The notes below the pieces were generated by a model. The model made no database searches. It was given only the letters and a program-made list of their open reading frames with translations, and was not told the DNA's origin. A DNA stretch of 63,209 nucleotides, filler included, from Octopus bimaculoides (taxonomy: Eukaryota), in assembly GCF_001194135.2 (NCBI RefSeq). It is 6 parts of 6 records of this genome, joined end to end, with 100 filler letters (N's around TTAATTAATTAA, not from the genome) between each part and the next. Parts side by side here need not be neighbours in the genome. Positions count along the whole stretch, not along the records: positions 1 to 16,750 come from NC_068992.1; 5 more parts are not named here. One strand, 5' to 3'. Positions 1 through 13,748 of this stretch are shown one piece after another. Made by a program: the position numbers and the translations under genes. Within the stretch, counting starts at the first letter, position 1. Each line of letters starts with the position of its first letter.

Positions 1-479
1 ACCACCACCACCACCACCACCATCACCACCACCACCACCAAGGACAACACGAGCATCAACAATAACAGCACAAGCGCAACAACCGCTAAAAATCCTATCA
101 TCTCCATCACCTTCTTTTTCCTCGCCATCCCTGCCGTGTTGCCATTGTTGTCATGATGATCATTATGGTGATAATCAAGGCCATAATTAGCAGCTTCACT
201 CTGCTGGTGATGACGACCGTCATCGTCGTCAAACTTTGTCATTGTCTTCTCTCGTCGTGATCCATTGCCGATGACTATTGCTTCAAACTTCATCCTCTCC
301 CACCACCATCATCACAATCACCATCGTCATCATCTTGATAAAGACTTCCGTTATTATCATTCGCCTCCCTTCCCCTTTTTCCTTCTCATCCTCCTCCTCA
401 TCAGCGTGTTGGTCGTGGTACTTGTGTAGAACTACCACCAATAGCATCTTCCCCCATCATCTTCATATTCCTCCTCCTC

Positions 480-620
480 CACTTCCTCATCATCGTCATC
501 ATCATCATCATCATCGTCATCATCATCGTGATCATCGTCATCGTCGTCATCATCGTCATCATCATCGTCATCGTCATCGTCATCATCGTCATCATCATCA
601 TCATCGTCATCGTCATCATC

Positions 621-656
<36 letters not shown>

Positions 657-665
657 GTTATTATC
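480..665. repeat. (CAT/CGT)n trinucleotide microsatellite
   Basis: Direct reading; it explains the poly-His/Met/Ile ORFs at 278-728. Confidence 0.95.
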
Positions 666-2376
666 ATCGCATACATTTCAATCATGATAATCTCGTGTAT
701 CGGCAATAATCCAATAATCTACTCTTGAAAAACCTTCTGCTACAAATGTTTTCCTTCTTAAGAAACGCAGTAAATAAATAAATAGATAAATAAAATGAAT
801 AAATGAATGAATGAATAAACAAATAAATAAATAAGAACGAAAATAAAACAATTATCATATCAAATGATTAATGACAACAAAACTATCATAATATCAATAT
901 CAGCAGCAGCAAGAATGACAACATGAACAAGAACAACCCAAAATACACTTGAGTAAGGAGAACAGCAGGTTGTCACATGCACCACAACGAGCCCAATCAC
1001 AGCAATAACAGCAATGTTAGAGCTATGTCGAGGCAACAATGTCAGCTCTCCTTTCTAGGCTTCTTTGTATATCCCCCTTAGAAAGTGTGAAAGAGCGAGA
1101 GAGAGAGAGGGGGGGAGAAGGGAGCGAGAGATATTAAAGATCTATTTGTTGTTGCGATCGAGGGCTAGTCAAGAACGATGGCTTTCTGGTTAATTAAACA
1201 AGATTTCTTTTATCAAACGATGCCTCCTGAGATAATTTAAAAGCCTATTAACAAGACACAATTTCATCGTTCCTGTCCAACCATTAACCATTGCTATGCT
1301 TTCTCGCTCTCTCTCTCTCTCCCGCCTCTCTCACTCTTCTCTTTTCTCATTTTCTATCTCTCTGTTTTCTAACTGTCTGTTTCTCTTTCGCGCCAACTGT
1401 ATACCTCTCTCTTAATTATAAACAAACAATTACAGATGTATATATAAATTCGTTATATTTGTTGCCTTTTTAACCTTTCACTTTTCTCCCTGCTTTTGTT
1501 TTCTCAGAAGCCATTATTCAATTTTAGAGAACCTGTTTATATAATAAGGAAGAGATCGCTGTTTTATTGCCTAGCCATGAGCAATTTCTCTCCTTTGTGA
1601 GACATTTTTTCTTTGGTTTGTTTTTGTTTGCTTCTATCTCACTATCAGACTTCACCACAAGTAAATAAATTCTTCATAGCTTTCTGCTTCTATTCTTAAT
1701 TCTTACAAGTGCAAAGTGCTTTTTTATTAACTTTCACAAGAGCTTTTCTTTAATCAGATAAAGCAACTTTAAGTAAACATGAGTTCATCGATCTTCTCAT
1801 GATATAAGCACCCAGCGATTTCTATTACCACACAGGACAACGTTCTTATATGAGCCGAAGACAGAGCTTAACAAGATAACCGAGGAAGGAAATCGGAATA
1901 TAGAGCCGATTTTTGTAACCAGGTAAACTAGTATGACATGAACATTGATAGGCTACCCGTCATATACGGTAACATCACTTCCGAGTTAGTTTAGACAAAT
2001 TGAATAGCCAAAAGAAAGCATATCAAAAGTTTGATGAAATTTACAGTGACTGAACCAACCAAATCTATGGTTCAAGTCTATCAAAATCTGTTGGAATCCA
2101 AGAGAAACTTATTTAAGGCCATGGCAACAAACAGATTAGAGACATTGTCTTTATGAAAATGATGATCATCTTCTCAACAAATATTCAGTAGTATATCCTA
2201 CAGTCAAACAGAGTAAGATTTGCCTCCTAGGTGGGGGTGCCACTTTAAGGCATGATCGCCAATTTGAAAGAGATTTGCACAAAAAGCATCAGTTGTAGTT
2301 GAACTTTAAAGTCAATATCCTTATATGGGTCTATTGTGCTATATTTAAAGTTAAAGAACGGCTAAATGCTAAGAAT

Positions 2377-2474
2377 GCTAAGAATGCTAAATGCTTCTCG
2401 CTAAGAATGCTAAATGCTTCTCGCTAAGAATGCTAAATGCTTCTCGCTAAGAATGCTAAATGCTTCTCGCTAAG
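2377..2474. repeat. 23-bp minisatellite, 4 perfect copies plus a partial
   Basis: Unit GCTAAGAATGCTAAATGCTTCTC is repeated head-to-tail with no spacers. Confidence 0.95.
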
Positions 2475-2649
2475 TAAGCGTTCTGCGGCACAACATTGTT
2501 ACACCAGGTCCTACAGTGCAAAATTCGTTAGAAAACAATAAAAATATATTTAAGAAACAAGGATTTTAGAAAAGAAAGCAAACCATTTGGTATGAGTTGG
2601 AATATTAGTATCAGCGAGCAGCAACTTACAACTTTGGGAATTAAAGAAA

Positions 2650-4250
2650 TGCTAGGGTTGATTAACCAAGAGTAACCAGAAGTCACAAATCAAAGTTAGA
2701 GGGTGATATCTCTGTAGAAAATCATGAGGATGTAACTACCTTTGTACTGACGAAGATAAAACAACTCTCGAAATTGAAGCAAGGATAAGCGGAAGCTTGT
2801 AGTGGAAAAGGGTATTTGATATGGACAGCTTTGATAATAATCAAGGAAAATTCCTAAAAATCTGACGCAAAAGCTGAAGGCACTAGTCATTTCATTTAAG
2901 AAGAGTGCATCTTTTCTCTAATGTCAAAGAAAGAACATGAAAAGTAAACACTGTGATTGATGAGATAATCTACGAATGCATTAGAAATAACAACACATTG
3001 ATATTGTGAGTGTTAATAGTTGCTGATGTATTAAGGGGGCGATAGAGAGAAGGCAAATCAAAGATAAATGGGTATCTTCGGTGGGGAAAACGGGTGGTTA
3101 TGAAGGTTAGTGGCCTTAAGAAATATATAAATGACCTGGAACAGCAGAAGCCGGAAACGTGAATGAAAGAAGACAAGGACGGATTAGAGGAAATGTATCA
3201 CGTAAGAAATGCAGGAATTGGGAAAATGATTGAAGAGCTGAAACAGGGAGTAAATGCCAGAGTCGCTAAACTTAGAAAAGTACGAAGAAATAAACAAGTT
3301 GTATAAGCAAGGTAGCCTTTTCAATCAAACCAGAAACGTTTATTTGATATTCCTGCGGGAAATGAGAGAGATGATAAGTTCGATTGCAGAAGAAAGCACA
3401 CTATTTTAGGGAAGTAATTTGAGAAAAAAGGGCTGAGTAAGCATATTAACCATTAAGGAATAGGGGAAAAGTAAATCATCTGTTTATGGATGATACGAAG
3501 CTTTATGGTATAGGTAAGAATTAACTGGATTCTTTAGATGCCAAAAAAAAAAAAAAAGAAAAAGAATAATAGTGATATTGGGATGACATTAAGAATCGAG
3601 AATTGAGCTATCATGGATCTGAAGCATGGAAACGTAATAAAATATTCTGGAATTGATGTATTTCATGGTGAAAATATAAAATTCTTAAATGTACTAGAAC
3701 CATATAAGTATTTTGGCATACTGGGAAGTGATAAAACCAAAAGTATTGAAATGAAGAAAGTTTTTCGGTGCAAAATATTTTCGTAGTATGGAGATTTTAA
3801 AATAAAAATTGCACGTAGGAAACACCATAAAAACAAAAATTCCAGGGCTGTATCACTATTAGGCTGTGGATCAGGAATTATTGAATTGCAGGTTTAAATG
3901 CATGATATCAGCAGAAAGATGTGATAAACGTGGAAGCGGTTCACAGAGGCACGCATCCCCACATCATCAAATAGAAAATGTAGATTGCTTATATTCGAAA
4001 ACAGCAGGTGGATGGGGTGGGGAACGATGGGTATTGAAAATCCCATCAACTGAAAACAAGTCTAGGATTGTATCTAGAAGAAGGAAAAATGTTCCTCTTA
4101 AAGAGACAACGAGTGAAATGTTATTTAGAGTTTCTAGTACTTATAACGATCAAAGAATAAGAATATATAGGAGAAAAGAAGTTGAACTCTGAAGGAAAGA
4201 GTTCCATACATGATTTTTTTTCAGAAAGCCGAAAATGATAAGAGGAAATA
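2650..4250 (+). mobile_element. Heavily decayed R4/Dong-like non-LTR retrotransposon (pre-RT region, RT core, thumb)
   Basis: Fragmented translation gives EELKQGVNARVAKL..SNQKRLF, HLFMDDTKLYG (RT catalytic motif), EPYKYFGILG and DCLYSKTAGG. There are many stops and frameshifts and an internal deletion. Confidence 0.7.
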
Positions 4251-4358
4251 TACCTCTGGTTAATGAGGATGTTAGGTATGCAGCATAGTTCCGCCTAATG
4301 CAGAAGTCGTACTGATGTAAGTGTAAATTCCATTGACTCTCAATGGTTAAATCTATCG

Positions 4359-4751
4359 GGACACGTGAATAATCACGCAATTAATGGTAAATATATTGGG
4401 TTGTTTCGGAAAACGTTATCCAAAACTCCTGAAAGCGTAGTCTGTGTTGTGCCAGTAAGGGAAGATAGTCGCACGTCTGCTGTTCATTGAAAAGTGAAAG
4501 AAATTGAAATACGAGGATTACTTAGTGCACTTTATGTATATACTTTATATACTTTATGCACGTCTTTATAGACTTAATACACAACAGTTACAAAATGAAT
4601 ATTCACTCTTATTTATCCTTTTTTTTCATAAACAACAACAAAGATATCTCGAACATATGATACAACCATTAGTTAAATTGCATTTATCTGCCACATAAAT
4701 AAGCGTGAGTATTTCACGGAATTGAACTTATGAGCATGCGTTAAGAGATAG

Positions 4752-4752
<1 letters not shown>
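4359..4752 (+). mobile_element. Non-coding interspersed repeat, partial copy of the MITE-like element at 56131-56630
   Basis: It aligns by eye over about 390 bp with the reverse complement of 56131-56510 and ends in GCATGCGTTAAGAGA-TA. Confidence 0.75.
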
Positions 4753-4791
<39 letters not shown>

Positions 4792-5059
4792 NNNNNNNNN
4801 NNNNNNNNNNNNNNNNNNNNNNNNNNNNNNNNNNNNNNNNNNNNNNNNNNNNNNNNNNNNNNNNNNNNNNNNNNNNNNNNNNNNNNNNNNNNNNNNNNNN
4901 NNNNNNNNNNNNNNNNNNNNNNNNNNNNNNNNNNNNNNNNNNNNNNNNNNNNNNNNNNNNNNNNNNNNNNNNNNNNNNNNNNNNNNNNNNNNNNNNNNNN
5001 NNNNNNNNNNNNNNNNNNNNNNNNNNNNNNNNNNNCGCAGCCATTCCCAATAATGTTTA

Positions 5060-5255
5060 TTATCAAATTTTGGTACAAGGCCAGAAAAATCGGGATAGGA
5101 GTAAGTCGATGACATCGACCCCAGTGCTCAATTGGTATTTTTATATTAAACCATCCACCAAAGGATGACAGGTAAAGTCGACCTCGACGGAATTTGAAAT
5201 CTGAACGAAATGTCGATAAGTATTTTGTCCATCGTCTTTATTCTTCCATCTCGCA
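5060..5255 (-). mobile_element. SINE family S1, decayed
   Basis: It shares the GTCGATTACATCGACCCCAGTG...AAAGTCGACCTCG core with the other S1 copies. Confidence 0.75.
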
Positions 5256-6067
5256 GCCTTTCCCAATAATATTGATGTTACTTTCTGTGCATCTGCGGTG
5301 TGTGTGTGTGTGTGTGTTTTCGTATGTGCTAGTATGTGTGTGTGTGTGTGTTTCCGTATGTGCTAGTGTGTGTGTGTGGGTGGGTGTGTGTGTGTGTTTC
5401 TGTGTTTGTCTATGCGCGATTTTCACATTTGTCATAAATTTCGGAAATGGATTTAATCAATTTATAATTCCGCACCATTTGTGCAGTATTCCTCCTAGCA
5501 ACACATAATATTAAGGGACATAACTATAACTATGTGTCATAAAACATTTGGTCAGATATTTAAATATTTAACAACAACAACAGCAGCAGTGGCAGCAACA
5601 GCAGCAGTAGCAAAAGCACAAACAGTACCAACAACAGATCAATGATGAAATGACACACTAGTTCCGAAAACAAGATATAATTGTCATCACTTGGACGGGT
5701 CTTATCATAGGTGTGTTGAATCGTGAGTGACCCAGGGCTAGGTAGCAACAGCAACTACAATAGCAAAAAATATCGTCAACTATAAAGACAACTAATGATT
5801 GCTGATATGGACACAAAGTAAAGGTTTTCTGCTTATGTAGTGAACACGAGAACAACACGATAGGAGAAGAACTAACTCCTAGGAAGAGTAGTTAGACATA
5901 TATTTAAGCATATATTATGATAAGGTATAATGATCAAAAGGAGATGGTGCAAGAGTAAGAGGTGGAGGTGGAAGACGAGAAGGACATTGATGAGCAAAAT
6001 CTGTTTCATATTCACAGGACATGTAAAGTGATGTAAAATAATCCTTGACCATTATAATTCATTTTTC

Positions 6068-6107
<40 letters not shown>

Positions 6108-6171
6108 GTGTGTGTGTGTGTGTGTGTGTGTTTGTGTTTGTGTGTGTGTGTGTATGTGTGTGTGTAAGGCA

Positions 6172-6310
6172 GTGATTTAGCGGAAGTGTTAGCATGCCGG
6201 GCAAAATTATTACCGGCATTTCGTACTGTTCTGAGTTCAAATCTCACAGAGATCGTCTTTGCCTCCCATCGTTTTGGGATGGATAAAACAAATACCAGTT
6301 GAGCACTAGT
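6172..6310 (+). mobile_element. SINE family S1, partial
   Basis: GTTAGCATGCCGGGCAAAAT...TTCTGAGTTCAAAT...ACCAGTTGAGCACT matches S1. Confidence 0.7.
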
Positions 6311-8753
6311 ATGTGTGTATGTGTGTGAATGACGAAATATATTGGTGGAAAACGGAAACGTAGAATGTTTACATGTTATACTCTCTACATAAATGTATAT
6401 GTTATACTAGAAATCCATGTACCTTTTGTGTCGAAATTGTATTATATTCTATTTTGTAAGATGGTAAAGTCCAGCTATGGGTCAAATGCAGTCTGAAAGG
6501 CTTACATAGTCCTCCCCCAAAACACTGTCATGTAGCCTCGTCAGACTAGATGCATTGCAGCTTTTCTACCGGCTTTTGGCTTGCTAATTTCAAATTCCGC
6601 AACAGCCTACTTAACTAGTATGAATAATATGTCACCCGGCTTAATATCATCACCTGGTTTCCTTGGGTATCTTTAGCGAAATTCTTACTGTTGGAGATTA
6701 TAGCGTTAGCTATATAAAAGGAGATGTTAATATTAGACAGTTTATAGTGTTATCAATATTATTTGCTTTGTATATGAAATTTTTGATTTTTATTCCTAGA
6801 TTTGTTAAACTGAATTTAGTGTGAGATGGTTTAAGATTGCTTTCGTTTTGTTTGGTTATTTATTATTGGGCCACATTTAATTAATTGCCATCGATGATTC
6901 ATTTTATCAATCTCTTTAGTTAATATTTCTTTTCTTGCAGCAACATTAGTTCTACTAATTCAAATTGGTTATTAGATCATACCTCTAATTTGATAATAGC
7001 TTTTCTCGTTCCCATTTGTATGGTGTTACGGGCATAGCCCTAGCATCCAGAGTAGAAGAAAAAAAAAACAGAAATTATAAAAAAAATATTTTTCAATGAT
7101 GAAATGTAATTTCAGTGGAAGTGTCGAGTGATTCTTGCACCCAGTATCATGAGTTCTTTGTGTCACCGAGCCAACTTTTATACTTAGTGTTTCCCAAGAC
7201 TTCGCATTCCTTCCCTTTAAATACATCACATTGGCTCTATCAGCAACTGATCTGCTACAAAATCTCCATAAACATTTTTTTGACACATGACTCTTCGAAA
7301 CAAGAATAAGAGAAAAGAAATGAAAAAGAAGGGCACTCATGCTGGCGATTTAACAGAGTAGATATATCGTGGCATGTTGCCAGTAGAGAAAGGACTCGAA
7401 TCCATATATATTACCAATAATACTTAACATGATATATTTAGATTCAAGAACTGGTAGAATGCTATTCAAGAATCGAACGGACACTCTGCTGCTTATAAAC
7501 CTACCTCTGTCTCCCACATCAATAACTTTATGAATATAGACACTGGCCAAATATTTTTACTTTTACTTTTAAATATGTTATAGGAAACAAAACGTTTTAG
7601 TTTGGCATTATGGAAACAAGCCAATCTTTTTTAGCATGTCAATAGTTTACGTTTTATATCCTGTTGTCAATATTTCTCATTTGAGTGGGGCCAATGAGCA
7701 TGTATTAACACGGTGAGAAAATGAAATATTTTTCTCACATGGTATTAACAGCATAATCGAAAAGAGTTTTGTATGTAACAAAAATAGTAACTGCGTTATT
7801 TTGTGAGACGAATCTATTAGAGCAACCTGAACGGTACGTATATATATATATATNNNNNNNNNNNNNNNNNNNNNNNNNNNNNNNNNNNNNNNNNNNNNNN
7901 NNNNNNNNNNNNNNNNNNNNNNNNNNNNNNNNNNNNNNNNNNNNNNNNNNNNNNNNNNNNNNNNNNNNNNNNNNNNNNNNNNNNNNNNNNNNNNNNNNNN
8001 NNNNNNNNNNNNNNNNNNNNNNNNNNNNNNNNNNNNNNNNNNNNNNNNNNNNNNNNNNNNNNNNNNNNNNNNNNNNNNNNNNNNNNNNNNNNNNNNNNNN
8101 NNNNNNNNNNNNNNNNNNNNNNNNNNNNNNNNNNNNNNNNNNNNNNNNNNNNNNNNNNNNNNNNNNNNNNNNNNNNNNNNNNNNNNNNNNNNNNNNNNNN
8201 NNNNNNNNNNNNNNNNNNNNNNNNNNNNNNNNNNNNNNNNNNNNNNNNNNNNNNNNNNNNNNNNNNNNNNNNNNNNNNNNNNNNNNNNNNNNNNNNNNNN
8301 NNNNNNNNNNNNNNNNNNNNNNNNNNNNNNNNNNNNNNNNNNNNNNNNNNNNNNNNNNNNNNNNNNNNNNNNNNNNNNNNNNNNNNNNNNNNNNNNNNNN
8401 NNNNNNNNNNNNNNNNNNNNNNNNNNNNNNNNNNNNNNNNNNNNNNNNNNNNNNNNNNNNNNNNNNNNNNNNNNNNNNNNNNNNNNNNNNNNNNNNNNNN
8501 NNNNNNNNNNNNNNNNNNNNNNNNNNNNNNNNNNNNNNNNNNNNNNNNNNNNNNNNNNNNNNNNNNNNNNNNNNNNNNNNNNNNNNNNNNNNNNNNNNNN
8601 NNNNNNNNNNNNNNNNNNNNNNNNNNNNNNNNNNNNNNNNNNNNNNNNNNNNNNNNNNNNNNTTTGTGTGTGTGTATTAAAGGAGTCGCTTGAAACGGCC
8701 GTAATGAATTAACGCCTGTATATCTTCGTTACCCAGCAAAATAACTTGTGAGT

Positions 8754-8813
<60 letters not shown>

Positions 8814-10049
8814 AAGAAGAAGAAGAAGAAGTAGAAGAATTGCTTCTGTTTCAGCCACAATTTATCAGCCGATATCATCAGCCAATGGACTTGACTAGTA
8901 CATTATTTTATGGTACCCAAAAGTATGGAAGCTAAAATGGACCTCGGTGGTGTTTGAAGTCAGAATGCAAATAATACAAACAAATATCGCAAGATATCTT
9001 TTCCAATTTCAGAATGATTCTGAGAATCCGACGCTTTCCGATAAAGATATCGATAACATTGAAAGCAACAAGATGTAAGGTACAATTATAAAGTAAGGAA
9101 ATGGAAATATGTGTACTCTGAGAGATATATCGCTCTCTTCTGACCAAAATATATTTACCGGGAGTAGACAGAGAACTTATCAAAGCACAATAGCCTTGAA
9201 TTACAAGAAGGATCGTGTGGAGTCCAACATTGAAAAGACTACCATTAATGCTGAAGCTGTAAAATTATAAAGTAAAGGGGAAAATATTAAAAAAAATATT
9301 AGGAGATAATGCATACCAATATACACAAATTGACATACAATTAGAAAGAGAGAAGCACTAAGAGATACAACGTACATCCTACGCAACATACTTTCAATTG
9401 AATAATATAACTTACGTAATGCATGTTGCGCACCAATCGTGCAAGATATACACTTCAGTATCATTACCTATTAATATAGCACAAACTACACAACACTTAT
9501 TACAGTCCAATAGAATAACAGAAGACACATATTCTTGCGTAATCGCTACCCAGGGCACTAACATCCTCCCCACCCGCTCGCACAGCCAACACAACCAATA
9601 GCTTATGTTCTTCAGAAGTGCAACTACCCAATAATAGAATACAACCCACGCAGAAAACATTCTACATTATCAGCACATAACGCAACCCACACGCAATATA
9701 TATATATATANNNNNNNNNNNNNNNNNNNNNNNNNNTATATATGAGAGAAAAACAAGAAAATTTCAGTTTCAGCTTCCAACATATTTCAGACGATAAAAC
9801 ACTGAAATAACAAAAGAAGCAACCAGAGAAAAAAAAGAAACACTAATGCCGCACAACAATGCAAATAATATGCAAGTGTGAGGTAGAAAGACAAGTGCTT
9901 ACAACACAAAAGGAAATGTTGCGCATCACTCAGCGCTACTAAGCTGCAACTGGTGTTGCAGTGAAAAGTCGCATGAGGACATTGAAAATATGACGATAAG
10001 AACAGCAACAACAATAACAATAGTAATATGAATAATGGTTTAAAAAAAT

Positions 10050-10245
10050 TAGCACAAGGCCTGCAATTTCGAGGGAGAGGATAAGTCGATTACGTCGGTC
10101 CCAGTGCTTGAGTGTTACTTTATTTTATCGACCTTGAAAGGATGGAAAACAAGGCCGACCCCGGAGGAATTTGAACTCAGAACGCAAAGACGGACGAAAA
10201 GCCGCTAAGCAATTTTTTGCGGTACCGTAAAGATTCTGCCAGTTC
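10050..10245 (-). mobile_element. SINE family S1
   Basis: It carries the S1 core and a B-box-like GTTCTGAGTTCAAATTCC on the minus strand. Confidence 0.8.
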
Positions 10246-10285
10246 CCTGCATTGTCAATGATAATAATAATAATAATAATAATAA

Positions 10286-10316
<31 letters not shown>

Positions 10317-10318
10317 AG

Positions 10319-10355
<37 letters not shown>

Positions 10356-10365
10356 AAGAAGAAGA

Positions 10366-10412
<47 letters not shown>

Positions 10413-10473
10413 AAGAAGAAGAAGAAGAAGAAGAAGAAGAAGAAGAAGAAGAAGAAGAAGAAGAAGAAGAAGA

Positions 10474-10660
10474 ATGTCTGGTAGAGCTCTTAGGGACAGC
10501 AAGGTTTATCAGGAGGGTTCTAAGTACTTGAAAGAGTACCAAAAATGTGTGGATACCTAAGGTTACAGGTAGTAACCCGCTACCCACAGAAATCCTACTA
10601 GAAATAAGGACGAACCTGAGCTAAACCAAAAAACAAAATAAATAAATAACGATAAATAAT
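10474..10660 (+). mobile_element. 3' end of an R4/Dong-like element (subfamily C), 5'-truncated
   Basis: It translates VELLGTARFIRRVLST*, the typical R4/Dong C-terminus, followed by a 3'UTR that recurs at 12858-12955. It lies directly after an (AGT)n(AGA)n tract. Confidence 0.7.
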
Positions 10661-10674
10661 AGTAATAATGATTT

Positions 10675-10822
10675 CAAATATTGGCACAAAGCCAACAATT
10701 ACAGGGAGGGCTTAAAGTCCATTGCATCGACCTCAATATTACCGCAGAAGGAACTTGAATTCAGAACGTGAAGATGGACGGGATGCCGCTAAGCATTTCT
10801 TTCGGTTAACGATTCTGCCCGT
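10675..10822 (-). mobile_element. SINE family S1, decayed
   Basis: TTGGCACAAAGCC...TTGAATTCAGAACG...GCCGCTAAGCATTT matches S1. Confidence 0.7.
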
Positions 10823-10964
10823 GATAACGACGACGGCAGCAACAACAGCAGTAACAACAACAATAACAATAAACACAACAACAACAACAACAATAGCAAT
10901 AACAACAAGGACAACATCAACAATAATAATAATAAGGGCTCATATGACTGTAAACATCAGCTAC

Positions 10965-11680
10965 TGATCAATGAATTCCTAACAGAAGACAGCCGCAGAA
11001 GGAAGAAGGTTCTAAGCATGGCCTGGATCGGTTACCGAAAGGCTTTTGATAGTATTCCCCACACATGGATTGTAGAAACACTTGCCACGAATGAAATAGA
11101 TAGCACAATAACCATAACATATATAACACATTCCATGAATAAATCGCAAAGGAAATTTCCCGGGAAACACACTCTCTCCACTCCTTTTCGGCTTGGCACT
11201 TACACCTTTATCTGACATGCTAAACAGAACTGGATGTGGATACAACTGTTACGTCAGAACAATCAGCCACCTCTTATATATGGATAATCTAAAACTGTAT
11301 TCTACAAATGATAAACAACTGGAAACACTACTACAGACAGTACATGGATTTACCAAAGAAATCAACATGAAATTTGGCTTTAAAAAATTTGCCAAAGCAA
11401 CCTGAAAAGAGGAAAACTAATTAAGAGTAGCAGTATCACACTAGATAAAGCCAATTGAATAAGAGAATTAGACCAATGTCAGAAATACAAATACTTAGGA
11501 ATCAATGAACTAGATACACTACAACACACACAAATGAAAGAGAAGATAAGAAAAGAATACTAGAGACGAGTTAGATTAATACGGAAAGCAGAGCTCAATG
11601 CGACAAACAAGATAATAGGTATTAACACTCTAGCCATCCCAGTTGTAAATTACAGCTACATTATTCTTTACTGGTCTCTA
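10965..11680 (+). mobile_element. R4/Dong-like RT fragment (subfamily A)
   Basis: Translation gives MAWIGYRKAFDSIPHTWI, HLLYMDNLKLYS, KYKYLGINE and INTLAIPVV; the frame is broken by frameshifts. Confidence 0.9.
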
Positions 11681-11779
11681 AATAATCAAAGCTGCCGTGG
11701 AGATAAATATGGGATGATGTGTTTTTGCAAAATAATTCTGTGACGATTTGGCCTTCCGAAAACTTAACTTATTAAGAGT

Positions 11780-12225
11780 TGTGTTAGAAAGTAACACAAT
11801 TAATCACCACATTAGACGAAGGGATGCGCATGGGTACCCCCATGGCAGATAATTTCGCAAATGACTTCATGACAAAGTTTGAATATTGAGTAATTGAAAC
11901 ATTCAAATCCCTGCATGGTCATGAACCTGTACTCTGGTCACGGTTCATTGATGACGTCTTGTTTTTTTGTCTGGGAATGAACGGAGGAAAGTTTAGTAAA
12001 ATTTTTACATTTCTGTGACTGCTTTGCAGAACAATATGGCTTCAAGTCCAAAATAAAATTCTCGTCGAGCGTTTCAAGAACTAGCGTCGAATTTTTGGAC
12101 ACAAAAGTTAAGTTTCTGGAAGGCCGAATAGTTACGGAATTATTTTGCAAACCCACATCATTCCATTTTTATCTCCAACGCCACTGTGATCACCCACCAC
12201 ATCATACAATCAGATCAAAGCGATG
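11780..12225 (+). mobile_element. Penelope-like element RT fragment
   Basis: Translation gives GMRMGTPMADNFANDFM, WSRFIDDV and FLDTKV..TELFCKPTSFHFYLQRHCDHP, the PLE RT/thumb motif order, with one stop and a frameshift. Confidence 0.8.
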
Positions 12226-12762
12226 AGGAAGAACAAACTATATATGATGTTCGAATATAAGCAAAATTAGTCAAAATATGAGACATCAATAATCAAATGT
12301 CATACAAAGGCCACGGAGGGTGAAGTGGCGTCTCCCCCAGTTCTGGTCACCGACATATAGGCACATATTTACATTACTTCTACACACACCAACTCTTTCC
12401 GTTAGTGTTAAACATATTTTCACTAAATAATTGGAGCGAAAAAGTACCTTTACTACCGCCACCTAACTTCGCATAGGGAATTTCAAAATCAATAAATGAG
12501 TTCACAAAATAGAAAAGTAATTATAAAATATACAAGGCCTTGCATAGTTTAATAGGGGAAGTAATAATCTATTTAATAGAAAACATTATTTGATTGGTAA
12601 TTATTTCATCGGCAACTATCGAGAAATTCCGGAAGTAGCTGCCTGCGGCATTAGCCCGACTGGATCCGGATAAGAACGTCACCTCCGACAAATCTAAAAA
12701 TTGCTTCAGAATAGCTTGGCATCGGATTTTAATGTGGATTTTTTAAAAAATCCGTCGTGTAA

Positions 12763-12798
<36 letters not shown>

Positions 12799-12857
12799 AA
12801 GAAGAAGAAGAAGAAGAAGAAGAAGAAGAAGAAGAAGAAGAAGAAGAAGAAGAAGAT

Positions 12858-12955
12858 CATGGAAAGCTTGTGGTTATATCAGGTTGCAGGTAATAATCCG
12901 CTGGCCACATAAATAATACCAGGAATAAGACCAAACCTGAGTCAAGTTGAATAAT
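12858..12955 (+). mobile_element. R4/Dong-like subfamily C 3'UTR remnant
   Basis: It is similar to 10540-10640 and also follows an (AGT)n(AGA)n tract. Confidence 0.55.
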
Positions 12956-12974
12956 CATATTAATGGTAATAATC

Positions 12975-13170
12975 TAGTAAAGGCACAAGGCATGACATTG
13001 TAGCGGAGAGAGCTAGTCGATTACATCGACTCCAGTGTTTCATTTGTAATTATTTTATTGACTCCGATATGATGAAAGGCAAATTCGACCTTGGTTGTAT
13101 TTGAACTCAGACCGTAAACGGACGTAATGCCGCTATACTTTTCGCTCAGTGTGCTAACGGTTCTGTCAGC
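12975..13170 (-). mobile_element. SINE family S1
   Basis: GTCGATTACATCGACTCCAGTG...TTGAACTCAGAC...GTGCTAACGGTTCTG matches S1. Confidence 0.8.
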
Positions 13171-13414
13171 TATATATACAGACTTTTTTGCGCTGAAATC
13201 TCTTGCTATATTGGTAACGATTACATGTCTTTCTATGAACATATATATATATATATATATATATATCATATTATAGATAATATATAAATATATGCATATA
13301 TACATATATATGTAAATATCAAGTCTGCATGGATCGAAATTTAAAACTAGGGTCATTATAAAGTCAACCGTATGAGGCGTATGAGTAGCCGTATGGAGAT
13401 TCTAAATATACGAA

Positions 13415-13748
13415 GGCGCATAGCTCAGTGGTTAGAGCGTGAGACTTACGACCGTGTGGTTGGAAGTCGGAATCCCGGACCGAGCTGCGCGTTGTGTTCT
13501 TGAGCAAGACACTTTCTTTCACGTTGCTCCAGTTCACTCAGCTGTAGAAATGAGTTGCGACGTCACAGGTGCCAAGCTGTATCAGCCCTTTTGCCTTTCC
13601 CTTGGATAACACTGGTGGCGTGGAGAGGGGAGGCTGGTATGCATGGACGACTGCTGGTCTTCCATAAACAACCTTGCCCGGACTTGTGCCTGGGAGGGTA
13701 ACTTTCTAGGTGCAATCCCATGGTCATTCGTGACCGAAAGGTTCTCCG
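13415..13748 (+). mobile_element. tRNA-derived SINE (family S3), near full length
   Basis: The head GGCGCATAGCTCAGTGGTTAGAGCG has an A box and a decayed B box (GTCGGAATCCC). The centre is TTGAGCAAGACACTTT...CACTCAGCTGTAGAAATGAGT and the tail is (TA)n. A second partial copy lies at 15245-15372. Confidence 0.85.

Noticed and set aside
2377-2474. 23-bp direct repeats as a CRISPR array
   Set aside because: The repeats are contiguous with no spacers, there are no cas genes, and the context is eukaryotic.
13415-13490. tRNA gene (also the head at about 20140-20213)
   Set aside because: The acceptor stem and T arm do not close and each continues into a repeated SINE body, so these are SINE heads.
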